A DNA stretch of 24,811 nt from Geobacter sp. UBA4057 (lineage in GTDB: Bacteria > Desulfobacterota > Desulfuromonadia > Geobacterales > Pseudopelobacteraceae): NCBI GenBank assembly GCA_002382705.1, contig DFZL01000031.1, positions 1 to 24,811 on the forward strand, written 5' to 3'. The notes under the pieces were generated by a model. The model made no database searches. It worked only from the letters and a program-made list of their open reading frames with translations, and was not told where the DNA came from. Both the position numbers and the translations under genes were made by a program. Shown in pieces: positions 17,129 to 24,811 of the stretch (position 1 is the first letter of the stretch; each line of letters starts with the position of its first letter).

Positions 17129-17254
17129 CAGGCTGTTGAATCTTCATCATAATTTCATGGAAAACTGTATTGCATACATCTGCTGCTTTTTTCTCCTGCC
17201 GCGGCGGGTGTTCAACAGTTGATTCCAGGTTTTCAGTAATGTGTTTTTCAAATG

Positions 17255-17323
17255 AAGGTTCTTGCAAAAGGTTGTCATCCCGGAATGATTCTGTCGGCTA
17301 TGACAACTTTTTTGCGACTGTCT
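17255..17323. repeat. Structured palindromic repeat, copy B, minimal form in inverted orientation.
   Basis: GGTTCTTGCAAAAGGTTGTCATCCCGGAATGATTCTGTCGGCTATGACAACTTTTTTGCGAC shares GGTTCTTGCAAAAG and the TGTCATCCC(C/G)GAATGATTC core with copies A and C. It sits in the 254-bp gap upstream of the SPFH gene. Confidence 0.7.
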
Positions 17324-17382
17324 GTAAATTATGGCCTTTAGCCGGAGGCAGGGGTAAGAAGGATATTTAGAGGAGGCAACTT

Positions 17383-18480
17383 ATGTCTTTATGGGACAAG
17401 GCAAAAGCCGAGCTGCTGGATATTGTCGAATGGAACGACGATTCCTGCGATACGATGGTGTGGCGCTTTCCCAGGTTTGACAACGAGATAAAATACGGCG
17501 CGCAACTGATAGTCCGTCAGGCACAGGCCGCAGTTTTTGTGGACAGGGGTAAAATCGCAGATATTTTCCCTTCTGGCCAGTACAGGCTCACAACCGGAAA
17601 TCTTCCCATTCTGACCACGCTCCTGGGGTGGAAATACGGCTTTCACTCCGCTTTCAAGGCGGAAGTTTATTTTGTAAACCTCCGCAATTTCACAAATCTC
17701 AAATGGGGGACAAAAAAACCTCTCATTATACGTGATCCGGAGTTAGGTCCCGTAAGGCTCCGCTCATTCGGAACATACGTGATACGTGTCGGCGATCCGG
17801 GAAAATTCATAAACGAGATAGCCGGCACCGACGCGCATTTTACTGTAGACGGGATAAGCGAGCAGTTGAGAAATCTCATAGCAAGCCGTCTTGCCGATGT
17901 CATCGGCGAAAGCGGGGTGCCTCTGCTTGACCTGGCCGCAAACTATGGCGAGTTTTCCACTCTTCTGGCAGAAAAAGTGGCTCCGGAGTTCCTTGAATAC
18001 GGAGTGGAAATCACAAAATTGCTTATTGAGAACATATCCCTGCCGAATGAGGTTGAAGAGGCTCTGGACAAGAGGAGCAGCATGGGGATAATTTCGGATA
18101 TGGATACTTTTACCCGGTTCCAGGCGGCTAATTCGATGGAAGCGGCTGCGAGAAACCAGGGCGGCGAGGCCTCCGCCGGCATCGGCATGGGGATCGGTTT
18201 TGCGATGGCGAACCAGTTTGGTAAAATCCTTTCTCCTCCCGGGGATAATAGTGGCCAGAATTCTAAACAGCCAGCATCCGGCTCCGGCTATTTCGTTGCT
18301 GAAGGGGGGAACAAGACAGGACCGTTTGAATATGAAACGGTTCTGAGTATGATCGTTGAAGGGAGAGTAACGGAAGTAACGCTTCTCTGGAAGCAGGGGA
18401 TGGAAAGATGGGAGAAAGCCGCTGCATTCGATGAGTTAGGTCGTGCGCTCCGGAATATCCCTCCTCCAATTCCGACCTGA
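17383..18480 (+). CDS. SPFH/Band-7 (stomatin-prohibitin-flotillin) domain protein of the COG4260 / B. subtilis YdjI-like family, with a C-terminal GYF-like (DUF4339) domain.
   Basis: There is a strong RBS (AGAGGAGG-N7-ATG). The N-terminus MSLWDKAKAELLDIVEWNDDSCDTMVWRFPRFDNEIKYGAQLIVRQ is the highly conserved COG4260 N-terminus. The C-terminus YFVAEGGNKTGPFEYETVLSMIVEGRVTEVTLLWKQGMERWEKAAAFDEL matches DUF4339. Confidence 0.8.
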   Translation: MSLWDKAKAELLDIVEWNDDSCDTMVWRFPRFDNEIKYGAQLIVRQAQAAVFVDRGKIADIFPSGQYRLTTGNLPILTTLLGWKYGFHSAFKAEVYFVNLRNFTNLKWGTKKPLIIRDPELGPVRLRSFGTYVIRVGDPGKFINEIAGTDAHFTVDGISEQLRNLIASRLADVIGESGVPLLDLAANYGEFSTLLAEKVAPEFLEYGVEITKLLIENISLPNEVEEALDKRSSMGIISDMDTFTRFQAANSMEAAARNQGGEASAGIGMGIGFAMANQFGKILSPPGDNSGQNSKQPASGSGYFVAEGGNKTGPFEYETVLSMIVEGRVTEVTLLWKQGMERWEKAAAFDELGRALRNIPPPIPT

Positions 18481-18495
18481 CATGGGGGAAAATCC

Positions 18496-19089
18496 GTGGC
18501 GAACTGCATGAACTGCTCTGCCCCTCTTCCGCAGGACTCAATACTCTGCGGCTATTGCGGGAGCCGTAACGATGTGGACATTAAAGATATCAATCAGGAA
18601 CGGGGTGATGATCCGCCATCTGGACGGGTCTGCCCGCGCTGCGACATTCAACTTTTACCTGTCTGTCTTGATGTTAAGGGTAGTGGCGGGCGTGCCGAGC
18701 GATGCGAAAGCTGCATGGGGCTATTCTTTGCCCCTGGAGAGCTGGAGAAGTTTCTGGATGCCGTTGTCGGGAAGGTTTACAGCATAAACAGAAAGCTTCT
18801 GGAGAATCTGAGAGCGGATAAAAGGGGTGACGATGCTGCCCCGTTTTATATCAACTGCCCTGACTGCGGAAAGATAATGAACCGGGTCAATTTCGGCAGA
18901 AGCAGCGGAGTTATGGCCGACCGCTGCAGAGAGCATGGCATCTGGCTTGACGGAGGGGAGTTGAGGCGGCTTGCCGAATGGATGAAGGCCGGCGGCGAAC
19001 TGCTTCAGAAAGAGCGTGAAGGGGAGCGTATGAAGGAGTCATTGCGCGCGCTGGAGAGGGAGAGAAAGAGGGGAGAATCCGCCCCCTGA
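18496..19089 (+). CDS. Multi-zinc-ribbon protein: an N-terminal C4 ribbon plus two zf-TFIIB-type ribbons (YdjG-like).
   Basis: GTG start (in-frame ATG at 18508). The N-terminal ribbon is CMNC...CGYCG. Ribbon 2 is CPRCDIQL...CESCMGLFFAPGELEKFL and ribbon 3 is CPDCGKIM...CREHGIWLDGGELRRL; both fit the CPxC...C..CxGxWxDxGEL zf-TFIIB pattern. A basic coiled C-terminal tail follows. Confidence 0.7.
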   Translation: MANCMNCSAPLPQDSILCGYCGSRNDVDIKDINQERGDDPPSGRVCPRCDIQLLPVCLDVKGSGGRAERCESCMGLFFAPGELEKFLDAVVGKVYSINRKLLENLRADKRGDDAAPFYINCPDCGKIMNRVNFGRSSGVMADRCREHGIWLDGGELRRLAEWMKAGGELLQKEREGERMKESLRALERERKRGESAP

Positions 19090-21117
19090 AAAACCCTCTG
19101 CTTCAGACGCTGGCGTCTCCTCTTCCGGTTGACCGCTCTGTTTGTCTCCGGGCTCCGCATCGTCGGCATTTCCGGGCGGTTTCCTGCCACCCCCATGCAC
19201 CGGGCACTCTTCCTTGGGCTCACTTCCACGGATATAATACTCATCACGCCTTGACCGGCATTCCGGAACCGAGAGATATCCCGTCTCCGGGTCTATTGAG
19301 ACTGAGAAAACATTTTCAGGCTTTACAAAATCAGCGTCAGCTCTTGACGCAAGAGCCGCCCGCATGAATTTTTCCCAGACAGGGGCGGCTGCGCTCCCTC
19401 CGGTGAACCTCTTCCCTGAAGGTTTGGGCATGTCATATCCGATCCAGACCCCAGTGACAATTTTCGGAGTGTACCCTATGAACCATGCGTCCCTGTAGTC
19501 ATCGGTTGTTCCGGTCTTTCCCGCCGATACATGCTTCTGGCTGAATTTTTCGAGCGATTTGGCGCTTCCGTATATCATTACGTCCTTCAGCATCTGGGTG
19601 GTTATGAATGAGGCTTCAGGAGAAATGGCGGGCGATTTCGGCGCGGGATATTCTGTCCAGCGCCGACTGTTTCTGTCATAAACCCTTATGATTACTCTCC
19701 CCTCCACCCTCTCTCCCCCGGTTGCAAACGCGGAATAAGCCTGAACCATCTCTCTTATGGTGACCTCTTCAGCCCCGAGCGCCAGCGACAGCCCGTTTCC
19801 GGCATTAAATTTCAATCCGTTCCTTGCGGCAAAATCGACAAAATACGGAATGCCCAGTGAGTCAAGCAGCTTGATTGCTATGATGTTGCTGGAGAGGGCA
19901 AGTGCGCGGCGAAGCGACAACTTCCCGAAGCTTTCTCCCCCGTAATTGTGCGGGGTCCAGCTTTTTCCCCCACCCATGTCGTATGTCACAGGAGTGTCGT
20001 CCATTATGGTTGAAGCGGTGAATCCTTTCTCAAGCGCCGCCGCATAAATGAAGGGTTTGACAGATGACCCAGGCTGCCGTCTGGCGTAAAATGCCCGGTT
20101 GTAGTCGTTCTGTTCTGGATTTGTCCCGCCTGCAACAGCCAGAATGTCTCCAGTGGTGGTCTCCATGCAGAGAAGAGCTCCCTCCAGATCAGGCGCGATC
20201 CGCTTCACTCCATCGCGGAGCGCCTGTTCTCCCTTCTTCTGAAGTTCCAGATCCAGCGCCGCCGTAACCTGCATTCCCCCCCGCTCTGTTATCTGCTCTC
20301 CGTACATTGCGATAAGCTTTTCCCTCACAAGCGAGATGTACTGCGGGGCATTCCCCGGCTTGACAACAGTCGGGGGATTAGCACGCAACTCCTTTCTCCG
20401 GCGCTCCGTGATCATCCCAAGCGCGGCCATTCTTTTAAGCACTACATCACGGCGGGCAATGATGTTGGCAGGCTTCCCCAGCGGGTTGTAGCGCGCAGGA
20501 TTTTTCTGCACTCCGGCGAGCATTGAACATTCGGGATCTGTCAGCTCTTCAGGGTTCTTGTCGAAATAGAGCCTCGCCGCCTGGGCTATTCCCCATGCGC
20601 CCTTTCCGTAATAGATTTCGTTGAAATACATCTCAAGAATCTGTTTCTTGCTGTACTTTTTCTCAAATTCCATCGCCATGCGAGCTTCTTCGAATTTCCG
20701 CTCAAACGTCTTTACTCCGGAAAGGTACCGGTTTTTTACAAGCTGCTGAGTTATGGTGGAGCCACCTTCGGCAAACCTCCCCTCAGTCACATCTTTTACA
20801 AGCGCTCTGGCTATCCCTCTGACATCCACTCCCGGATGTTCGTAAAAACGGGAATCTTCTACAGCAATCACCCCTTGTTGCAGAAAAAGCGGTATCCGGT
20901 TCAGCGGAGTCCAGTACCGCTTTTCAGAAAGGACTCTCCCCACGAATCTCTCTCTACGGTCGAAAACCTTTATGGATGAGTAACCTGAAGGGAGAACAGG
21001 GTAAAGCTGAGGATTTTCCAGGGCGAAGCCCGGTTCAGCCTGACAGGCGAGCAGCAGCGTCCATGATGCTGCGAGGGTGAATATCCTTGCGCTTGATGAA
21101 AGTTTCACAGGTTTCAA
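19039..21117 (-). CDS. Class A penicillin-binding protein (bifunctional GT51 peptidoglycan glycosyltransferase/transpeptidase; PBP1A/1C-like).
   Basis: GT51 motifs are present: EDSRFYEHPGVD, GGSTITQQLVKN and RKFEEARMAMEFEKKYSKKQILEMY. Transpeptidase motifs are SxxK (GSSVKPF), SSN (ALSSNIIA) and KTG (AGKTGTT). The ORF track runs to 21390 through repeat copy C, which is spurious. The likely start is TTG 21117 (GGAGG 11 nt upstream) or GTG 21108, giving a signal/anchor MKLSSSARIFTLAASWTLLLAC. The Gly/Pro/Glu-rich C-terminal tail overlaps the zinc-ribbon gene 3' end by 51 bp. Confidence 0.85.
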   Translation of the reverse strand: MKPVKLSSSARIFTLAASWTLLLACQAEPGFALENPQLYPVLPSGYSSIKVFDRRERFVGRVLSEKRYWTPLNRIPLFLQQGVIAVEDSRFYEHPGVDVRGIARALVKDVTEGRFAEGGSTITQQLVKNRYLSGVKTFERKFEEARMAMEFEKKYSKKQILEMYFNEIYYGKGAWGIAQAARLYFDKNPEELTDPECSMLAGVQKNPARYNPLGKPANIIARRDVVLKRMAALGMITERRRKELRANPPTVVKPGNAPQYISLVREKLIAMYGEQITERGGMQVTAALDLELQKKGEQALRDGVKRIAPDLEGALLCMETTTGDILAVAGGTNPEQNDYNRAFYARRQPGSSVKPFIYAAALEKGFTASTIMDDTPVTYDMGGGKSWTPHNYGGESFGKLSLRRALALSSNIIAIKLLDSLGIPYFVDFAARNGLKFNAGNGLSLALGAEEVTIREMVQAYSAFATGGERVEGRVIIRVYDRNSRRWTEYPAPKSPAISPEASFITTQMLKDVMIYGSAKSLEKFSQKHVSAGKTGTTDDYRDAWFIGYTPKIVTGVWIGYDMPKPSGKRFTGGSAAAPVWEKFMRAALASRADADFVKPENVFSVSIDPETGYLSVPECRSRRDEYYIRGSEPKEECPVHGGGRKPPGNADDAEPGDKQSGQPEEETPASEAEGFSGGGFSPLSLPLQRAQ

Positions 21118-21149
21118 GGGTTGTTTCGCCTCCGTTTTGTTCTGCCGGG

Positions 21150-21398
21150 TGAGGTTCTTGCAAAAGTCATAAAAGCTGCCATTCCCGAGGTAGTTTCCAT
21201 CCGGAGTTTCCGGATGGAAACGAGATAAGCGATCGGGAAAAAGAGTCGTCACCCTGCGCGAAGTCGCAGGGTCTACAGGAAACATCATCGAGCTCTTCAG
21301 ATGGATTCTGCGACTACGCTTCGCTCCGCGCAGAATGACAGTATTCTGGATGCCTGATAGAATCATTCGGGGATGACACCCTTTTTGCAAGAGCCTCG
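21150..21398. repeat. Structured palindromic repeat, copy C, long form: arms plus three nested perfect hairpin modules.
   Basis: Left arm: TGAGGTTCTTGCAAAAGTCATAAAAGCTGCCATTCCCGAGG. Hairpin 1: GTTTCCATCCGGA-GT-TTCCGGATGGAAAC. Hairpin 2: CCCTGCG-CGAAGT-CGCAGGG. Hairpin 3: TTCTGCG-N16-CGCAGAA. Right arm: ATCATTCGGGGATGACACCCTTTTTGCAAGAGCCTCGG, the inverted complement of the left arm. Confidence 0.85.
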
Positions 21399-21462
21399 GG
21401 TGGAAGCAATTAATATATTGGGAATCCGCGGTGAATTCAAATTTTCCTTTCTGCTGAAACTT

Positions 21463-21520
21463 TTACAGAAAGATTGTCATCCCCGAATGGCTCTGTCGGT
21501 GAGCCGGATTTTCAAGAACC
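21463..21520. repeat. Structured palindromic repeat, copy D, minimal form, 65 bp downstream of copy C.
   Basis: CTTTTACAGAAAGATTGTCATCCCCGAATGGCTCTGTCGGTGAGCCGGATTTTCAAGAACC carries the TGTCATCCCCGAATG...CTGTCGG core. It ends in the inverted arm (revcomp GGTTCTTGAAAAT) and is closely parallel to copy B. Confidence 0.65.
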
Positions 21521-21697
21521 TTTCAAGGTTCAATTTCTGTCGCATAATTGAAGGAGAAGGGGAGAATCGGAGCTGTTCTGGAGCAGCGCCTCTCTCCTCG
21601 ACAGAATTGCGTTTTCTCATGTTTGTATCTCATGACGGAGTAATAAGGTTGTCTTTTTCATCGCTTGCAGTTATTCTTCCAGGCTGGGAAAAATGCC

Positions 21698-22771
21698 ATG
21701 ACACCCCTTTCTGAAAACATAGGGTCAATCGGTGAATTCGGATTGATTGAAATGATAGGGAGAAAAAGCGAAAACCGCGCCGGGGTAGTAACCGGGATAG
21801 GAGACGACTCGGCGGTTACGGAGATCACCCCCGGCATGCAGCTTTTATCTTCAACGGATATGCTGATCGAGAATATCCATTTTCGTCTTGCATGGCATGA
21901 TCCTTACCTTCTAGGCCGAAAATCCCTTGCAGCGAGCATATCGGATATTGCCGCAATGGGGGGTATCCCCCGCTGGGCTCTCCTTTCAATGGCGCTGCCG
22001 GCAGAGGTTGATCTCGATTTTTTCGAAGCCTTCATCGGCGGTTTTCTTGATATGGCTTCGGAGCATGGAGTGTCGCTAACAGGCGGCGACACCTCTGCAT
22101 CGCCAGATGGCGTGGCTGTTTCCGTGACAATGATGGGGGAGCAGTTTCCAGAGAGGATAATCAGGCGTAGCGGCGCCAGAGTCGGTGATGAAATCTGGGT
22201 GACCGGAACTCCGGGAGATGCGGCAATGGGGCTCAGGATTCTTGAGAGCCGTATCCCGGGGGGAAATGATTCTTCCACCGGCATGATGCCAGATTCCGGA
22301 GAGCGTGAAAATTCTGCCGGCTACCTGGTCTCACGGTTGCTGAACCCCGTTCCTCGAGTTGCTGCGGCGCTATCTCTGGCAGACGCCCGCATCGCCAGCG
22401 CCATGACCGACATAAGCGACGGCCTGATTGCAGATTTCGGCCATATCGCGGAGATGTCGGCTATTGGTGGCGAGATATGCATTGACTCTCTTCCGGTTTC
22501 GGACAGTTTTCTGCTATTCGCCGGAGAGCGGAATAATAATGGCGATGACCTCCGGCTTTCCGGAGGGGAAGATTACGAGTTATGCTTCACGGCCTCTCCG
22601 GACGATCACGAAAGAGTTGTCGCATGCATGGAAAATTGTGGCGTCAAAGCCTCGGCAGTCGGTCTGGTCACAGGCTCCAGGAGTGTGAAGATAGTGAAGA
22701 GGGACGGGTCGGAATTCGTTCCGGATTTTGCTGGCTTCAATCATTTTATTAAACTTGAAAGGAACTCATAA
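21698..22771 (+). CDS. thiL: Thiamine-monophosphate kinase (AIR synthase-related PurM-like family).
   Basis: The ThiL N-terminal signature is present: GEFGLIEMIGRK...GIGDDSAV. The PurM-like N- and C-domains follow (GGDTSASPDGVAVSVTMMG, MTDISDGLIADFGHIAE, GGEDYELCF). The track start at 21665 is TTG; the ATG at 21698 (MTPLSENIGSIGEFGLI) gives the usual spacing. Confidence 0.8.
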   Translation: MTPLSENIGSIGEFGLIEMIGRKSENRAGVVTGIGDDSAVTEITPGMQLLSSTDMLIENIHFRLAWHDPYLLGRKSLAASISDIAAMGGIPRWALLSMALPAEVDLDFFEAFIGGFLDMASEHGVSLTGGDTSASPDGVAVSVTMMGEQFPERIIRRSGARVGDEIWVTGTPGDAAMGLRILESRIPGGNDSSTGMMPDSGERENSAGYLVSRLLNPVPRVAAALSLADARIASAMTDISDGLIADFGHIAEMSAIGGEICIDSLPVSDSFLLFAGERNNNGDDLRLSGGEDYELCFTASPDDHERVVACMENCGVKASAVGLVTGSRSVKIVKRDGSEFVPDFAGFNHFIKLERNS

Positions 22772-24787
22772 ATGCAGGTTGTCATTCCGTCCGACAAGGC
22801 GCGGCTGTGCGCCGACGCAATTCGTTTTTTATCCATCGACGCAGTTGAAAAGGCCAATTCCGGGCATCCCGGCCTTCCTATGGGGGGGGCTGACGCCGCG
22901 TTCGCTCTCTGGGGAAATTTTCTGAGATTCAACCCTGACGACCCGCGCTGGCCAAACAGGGATCGCTTCATACTTTCAGCTGGGCATGGCTCGATGCTCC
23001 TCTACTCCCTGCTCCACCTTTTCGGTTTTGACCTCACGCTTGAAGAACTCCGGAATTTCCGTCAGATGGGGAGCAGAACACCCGGCCATCCGGAATTTGG
23101 CCACACAGCTGGGGTGGAGGTGACAACGGGCCCGCTCGGACAGGGTTTCGCAAATGGAGTAGGCATGGCTATTGCTGCCAAAATGGCTGCGGAACGCTTC
23201 AACACATCAGTTTTCAAGCCTGTTGACCATCATGTCTACGCACTTGTCGGAGATGGCGACCTTCAGGAGGGGATAAGCTATGAGGCTGCTGCGCTGGCGG
23301 GGCATCTGAAGCTTGGAAACATCGTTTATATCTACGACGACAACGGAATAACAATCGAAGGAAAGACAGGCCTCGCATGGTCGGAAGATGTTGCCATGCG
23401 ATTTGAGGCGGCTGGCTGGCATGTCCAGAAAATAGACGGCCATAATTACGCCGGGATTGTATCCGCAATAGCCGCGGCCAGAGACGAATCCTCAAAGCCG
23501 TCGATAATAATGGCCAGGACACATATAGCATTCGGCAGCCCTGGCAAGCAGGATTCGAGCGGGGCGCACGGCTCGCCGCTGGGTGGCGACGAAATAGCGG
23601 CGACCAGACGGAATCTCGGGTGGTCTTACCCCCCCTTTGTGGTGCCTGACGAAGTGAGGGATATCTGTGCCGAGCGGGTTGAAACATTGAAGAGAGGCCA
23701 TGCAGCCTGGGTGCGTGGGATGCAGGTCTGGCACGCGGCCAATCCTGAAATGGCGAAACTGTGGGACAGGATGTGGAACAGGAATGTGCCGGCCGGCATT
23801 GAAAACGAGCTGCTGGAGCTTCTGGCCGGCAAGGATGGAGCTACCCGCTCGCTCTCCGGGGCTGCGCTCCAGAAGGTGGCGGAAATTGTCCCGGCGCTTG
23901 TCGGAGGCTCGGCAGATCTTGCCCCTTCCAACAACAGCGAAATAAAGGGTGCCGGATCGATCATGCCCGGAGCATTCTCCGGAAGGAATATCCATTTCGG
24001 GATTCGCGAACATGCAATGGGCGCCATAATGAACGGGATTGCGCTTTATGGATGCTTCATCCCTTACGGAGCTACTTTCCTCGTCTTTGCGGATTACTGC
24101 CGTCCGGCGGTAAGGCTCTCCGCTCTGATGAAACAGCAGGCGATATATCTTTTTACGCACGACTCTTTCTATGTCGGAGAGGACGGCCCGACTCACCAGC
24201 CTGTCGAGCATCTGGCTTCGCTCAGGATAATTCCGGGGCTCCAGGTGATACGTCCTGCGGACGGGACGGAGACGGCAATGGCCTGGTCAATGGCTTTGAA
24301 AACCGCCGACCGTCCCACGGCGCTCATCCTCACGCGCCAGAAGCTCCCGGCGATCAGCAGGGATGGGCATTTCTCCCCGGATGATATAGCCAGGGGGGGA
24401 TATCCGGTTTTATCCCCGGACTCCGACCCGGATATTGTCATAATGGCGAGCGGCTCGGAGGTTCACCTGGCTCTCGAATCTGCCGAAGCGCTTCTTTCGG
24501 AAGGGATAAGAGGACGTGTGATCTCGGTGCCATGCATTGAACGTTTCATGGAACAGCCACTCTCCTACCGCGAATCGCTCATTCCCCCCAATCTCCCCAA
24601 AGTGGCTATAGAAGCGGGGAGAGGGGAATCATGGCACAGGCTTGTCGGGTGCGACGGCCTTTTTATCGGAATCGACCATTTCGGAGCCTCTGCTCCGGCC
24701 GAGAAGCTGGCGGAAGAGTTCGGTTTTACCGCGTCTCAAGTAGCTGTGAAGATAGCTGATTTCATGAAGAAGATTCAGATTTTCTGA
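22772..24787 (+). CDS. tkt: Transketolase.
   Basis: 671 aa. Motifs present: [21 protein letters not shown] (TPP-binding GHPG), [24 protein letters not shown], the TPP-binding fold, and the transketolase pyrimidine-binding and C-terminal domains. The ATG immediately follows the thiL stop. Confidence 0.9.
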   Translation: MQVVIPSDKARLCADAIRFLSIDAVEKANSGHPGLPMGGADAAFALWGNFLRFNPDDPRWPNRDRFILSAGHGSMLLYSLLHLFGFDLTLEELRNFRQMGSRTPGHPEFGHTAGVEVTTGPLGQGFANGVGMAIAAKMAAERFNTSVFKPVDHHVYALVGDGDLQEGISYEAAALAGHLKLGNIVYIYDDNGITIEGKTGLAWSEDVAMRFEAAGWHVQKIDGHNYAGIVSAIAAARDESSKPSIIMARTHIAFGSPGKQDSSGAHGSPLGGDEIAATRRNLGWSYPPFVVPDEVRDICAERVETLKRGHAAWVRGMQVWHAANPEMAKLWDRMWNRNVPAGIENELLELLAGKDGATRSLSGAALQKVAEIVPALVGGSADLAPSNNSEIKGAGSIMPGAFSGRNIHFGIREHAMGAIMNGIALYGCFIPYGATFLVFADYCRPAVRLSALMKQQAIYLFTHDSFYVGEDGPTHQPVEHLASLRIIPGLQVIRPADGTETAMAWSMALKTADRPTALILTRQKLPAISRDGHFSPDDIARGGYPVLSPDSDPDIVIMASGSEVHLALESAEALLSEGIRGRVISVPCIERFMEQPLSYRESLIPPNLPKVAIEAGRGESWHRLVGCDGLFIGIDHFGASAPAEKLAEEFGFTASQVAVKIADFMKKIQIF

Positions 24788-24811
24788 CTCGTTTCCATCC
24801 GGAAACTCCGG
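24788..24811. repeat. Copy E: stand-alone copy (cut by the window end) of hairpin module 1 from repeat C, directly after the tkt stop; possible terminator.
   Basis: CTCGTTTCCATCCGGAAACTCCGG equals the first 24 nt of the reverse complement of 21191-21224 (TAGTTTCCATCCGGAGTTTCCGGATGGAAACGAG). Confidence 0.6.

Noticed and set aside
17129-17254. Rho-independent terminator after the TolB-like gene (GCTGCTTTTTTCTCC T-run).
   Set aside because: The T-run is not preceded by a convincing GC-rich stem. The only palindrome nearby is a CCGCGG restriction-site-type sequence.
14336-21520. Possibility that the repeated units are a CRISPR array.
   Set aside because: - The copies are 3-4 kb apart with genes between them.
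- They differ in length (60-250 bp).
- They are themselves inverted repeats with internal hairpins.
- There are no regularly spaced unique spacers and no cas genes.
21600-21712. Possible additional partial repeat arm (GCCATGACACCCCTTTCTGAAAAC) at the thiL start.
   Set aside because: Only about 20 nt resemble the ATGACACCCTTTTT arm, and there is no partner arm. It could be chance or a highly eroded copy, so I did not call it.
21373-21714. 113-aa ORF starting MTPFLQEPRV..., the N-terminal 94 aa of the track's PBP ORF (MQKGCHPRMILSG...), and ORF 17170..17370.
   Set aside because: All three begin inside or run through arms of the palindromic repeat. The MTPF.../QKGCHPRM peptides are translations of the same repeat arm in both orientations. 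A convincing signal-peptide start for the PBP exists downstream at 21117/21108.

Overview
This window looks like a moderately GC-rich bacterial chromosome segment, and I found no rRNA, tRNA or CRISPR array. The most likely undescribed elements are a family of structured palindromic repeats (at least 5 copies) and an ABC-transporter-dependent glycan locus with a YfhO-like GT-C partner.

- **IS remnants (1-1240):** a 5'-truncated RAYT/IS200-like Y1 transposase and a short IS3-family integrase-core fragment flank a TrmN6/YfiC-like SAM methyltransferase.
- **Glycan-assembly locus (1245-14172, minus strand):** about 13 kb on one strand. It runs from a signal-peptide coiled-coil protein through Wzm and Wzt (Wzt carries a C-terminal carbohydrate-binding domain), a GT9, five tandem GT2 genes and a GT4, ending in a large YfhO/GT-C-like membrane glycosyltransferase. 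Seven consecutive genes are chained by ATGA stop/start overlaps.
- **Plus-strand genes (14442-19089):** a VKOR-thioredoxin fusion overlaps by ATGA a Cys-free TolB-like secreted protein. An SPFH/Band-7 (COG4260, YdjI-like) gene is followed by a multi-zinc-ribbon (YdjG-like) gene.
- **Housekeeping:** a convergent class A penicillin-binding protein, then thiL and tkt.
- **Repeat family:** the repeat units share the cores GGTTCTTGCAAAAG and TGTCATCCCCGAAT. All sit in intergenic or 5'-proximal positions and generate spurious ORF starts, and the largest copy carries three nested perfect hairpins.

Coordinate caveats: the supplied ORF track translates non-ATG starts (TTG/GTG) as M, so several listed ORF starts are spurious and I have proposed adjusted starts. 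In one spot my reading of the printed sequence disagreed with the ORF track by one base, so base-level coordinates are good to a few nt.
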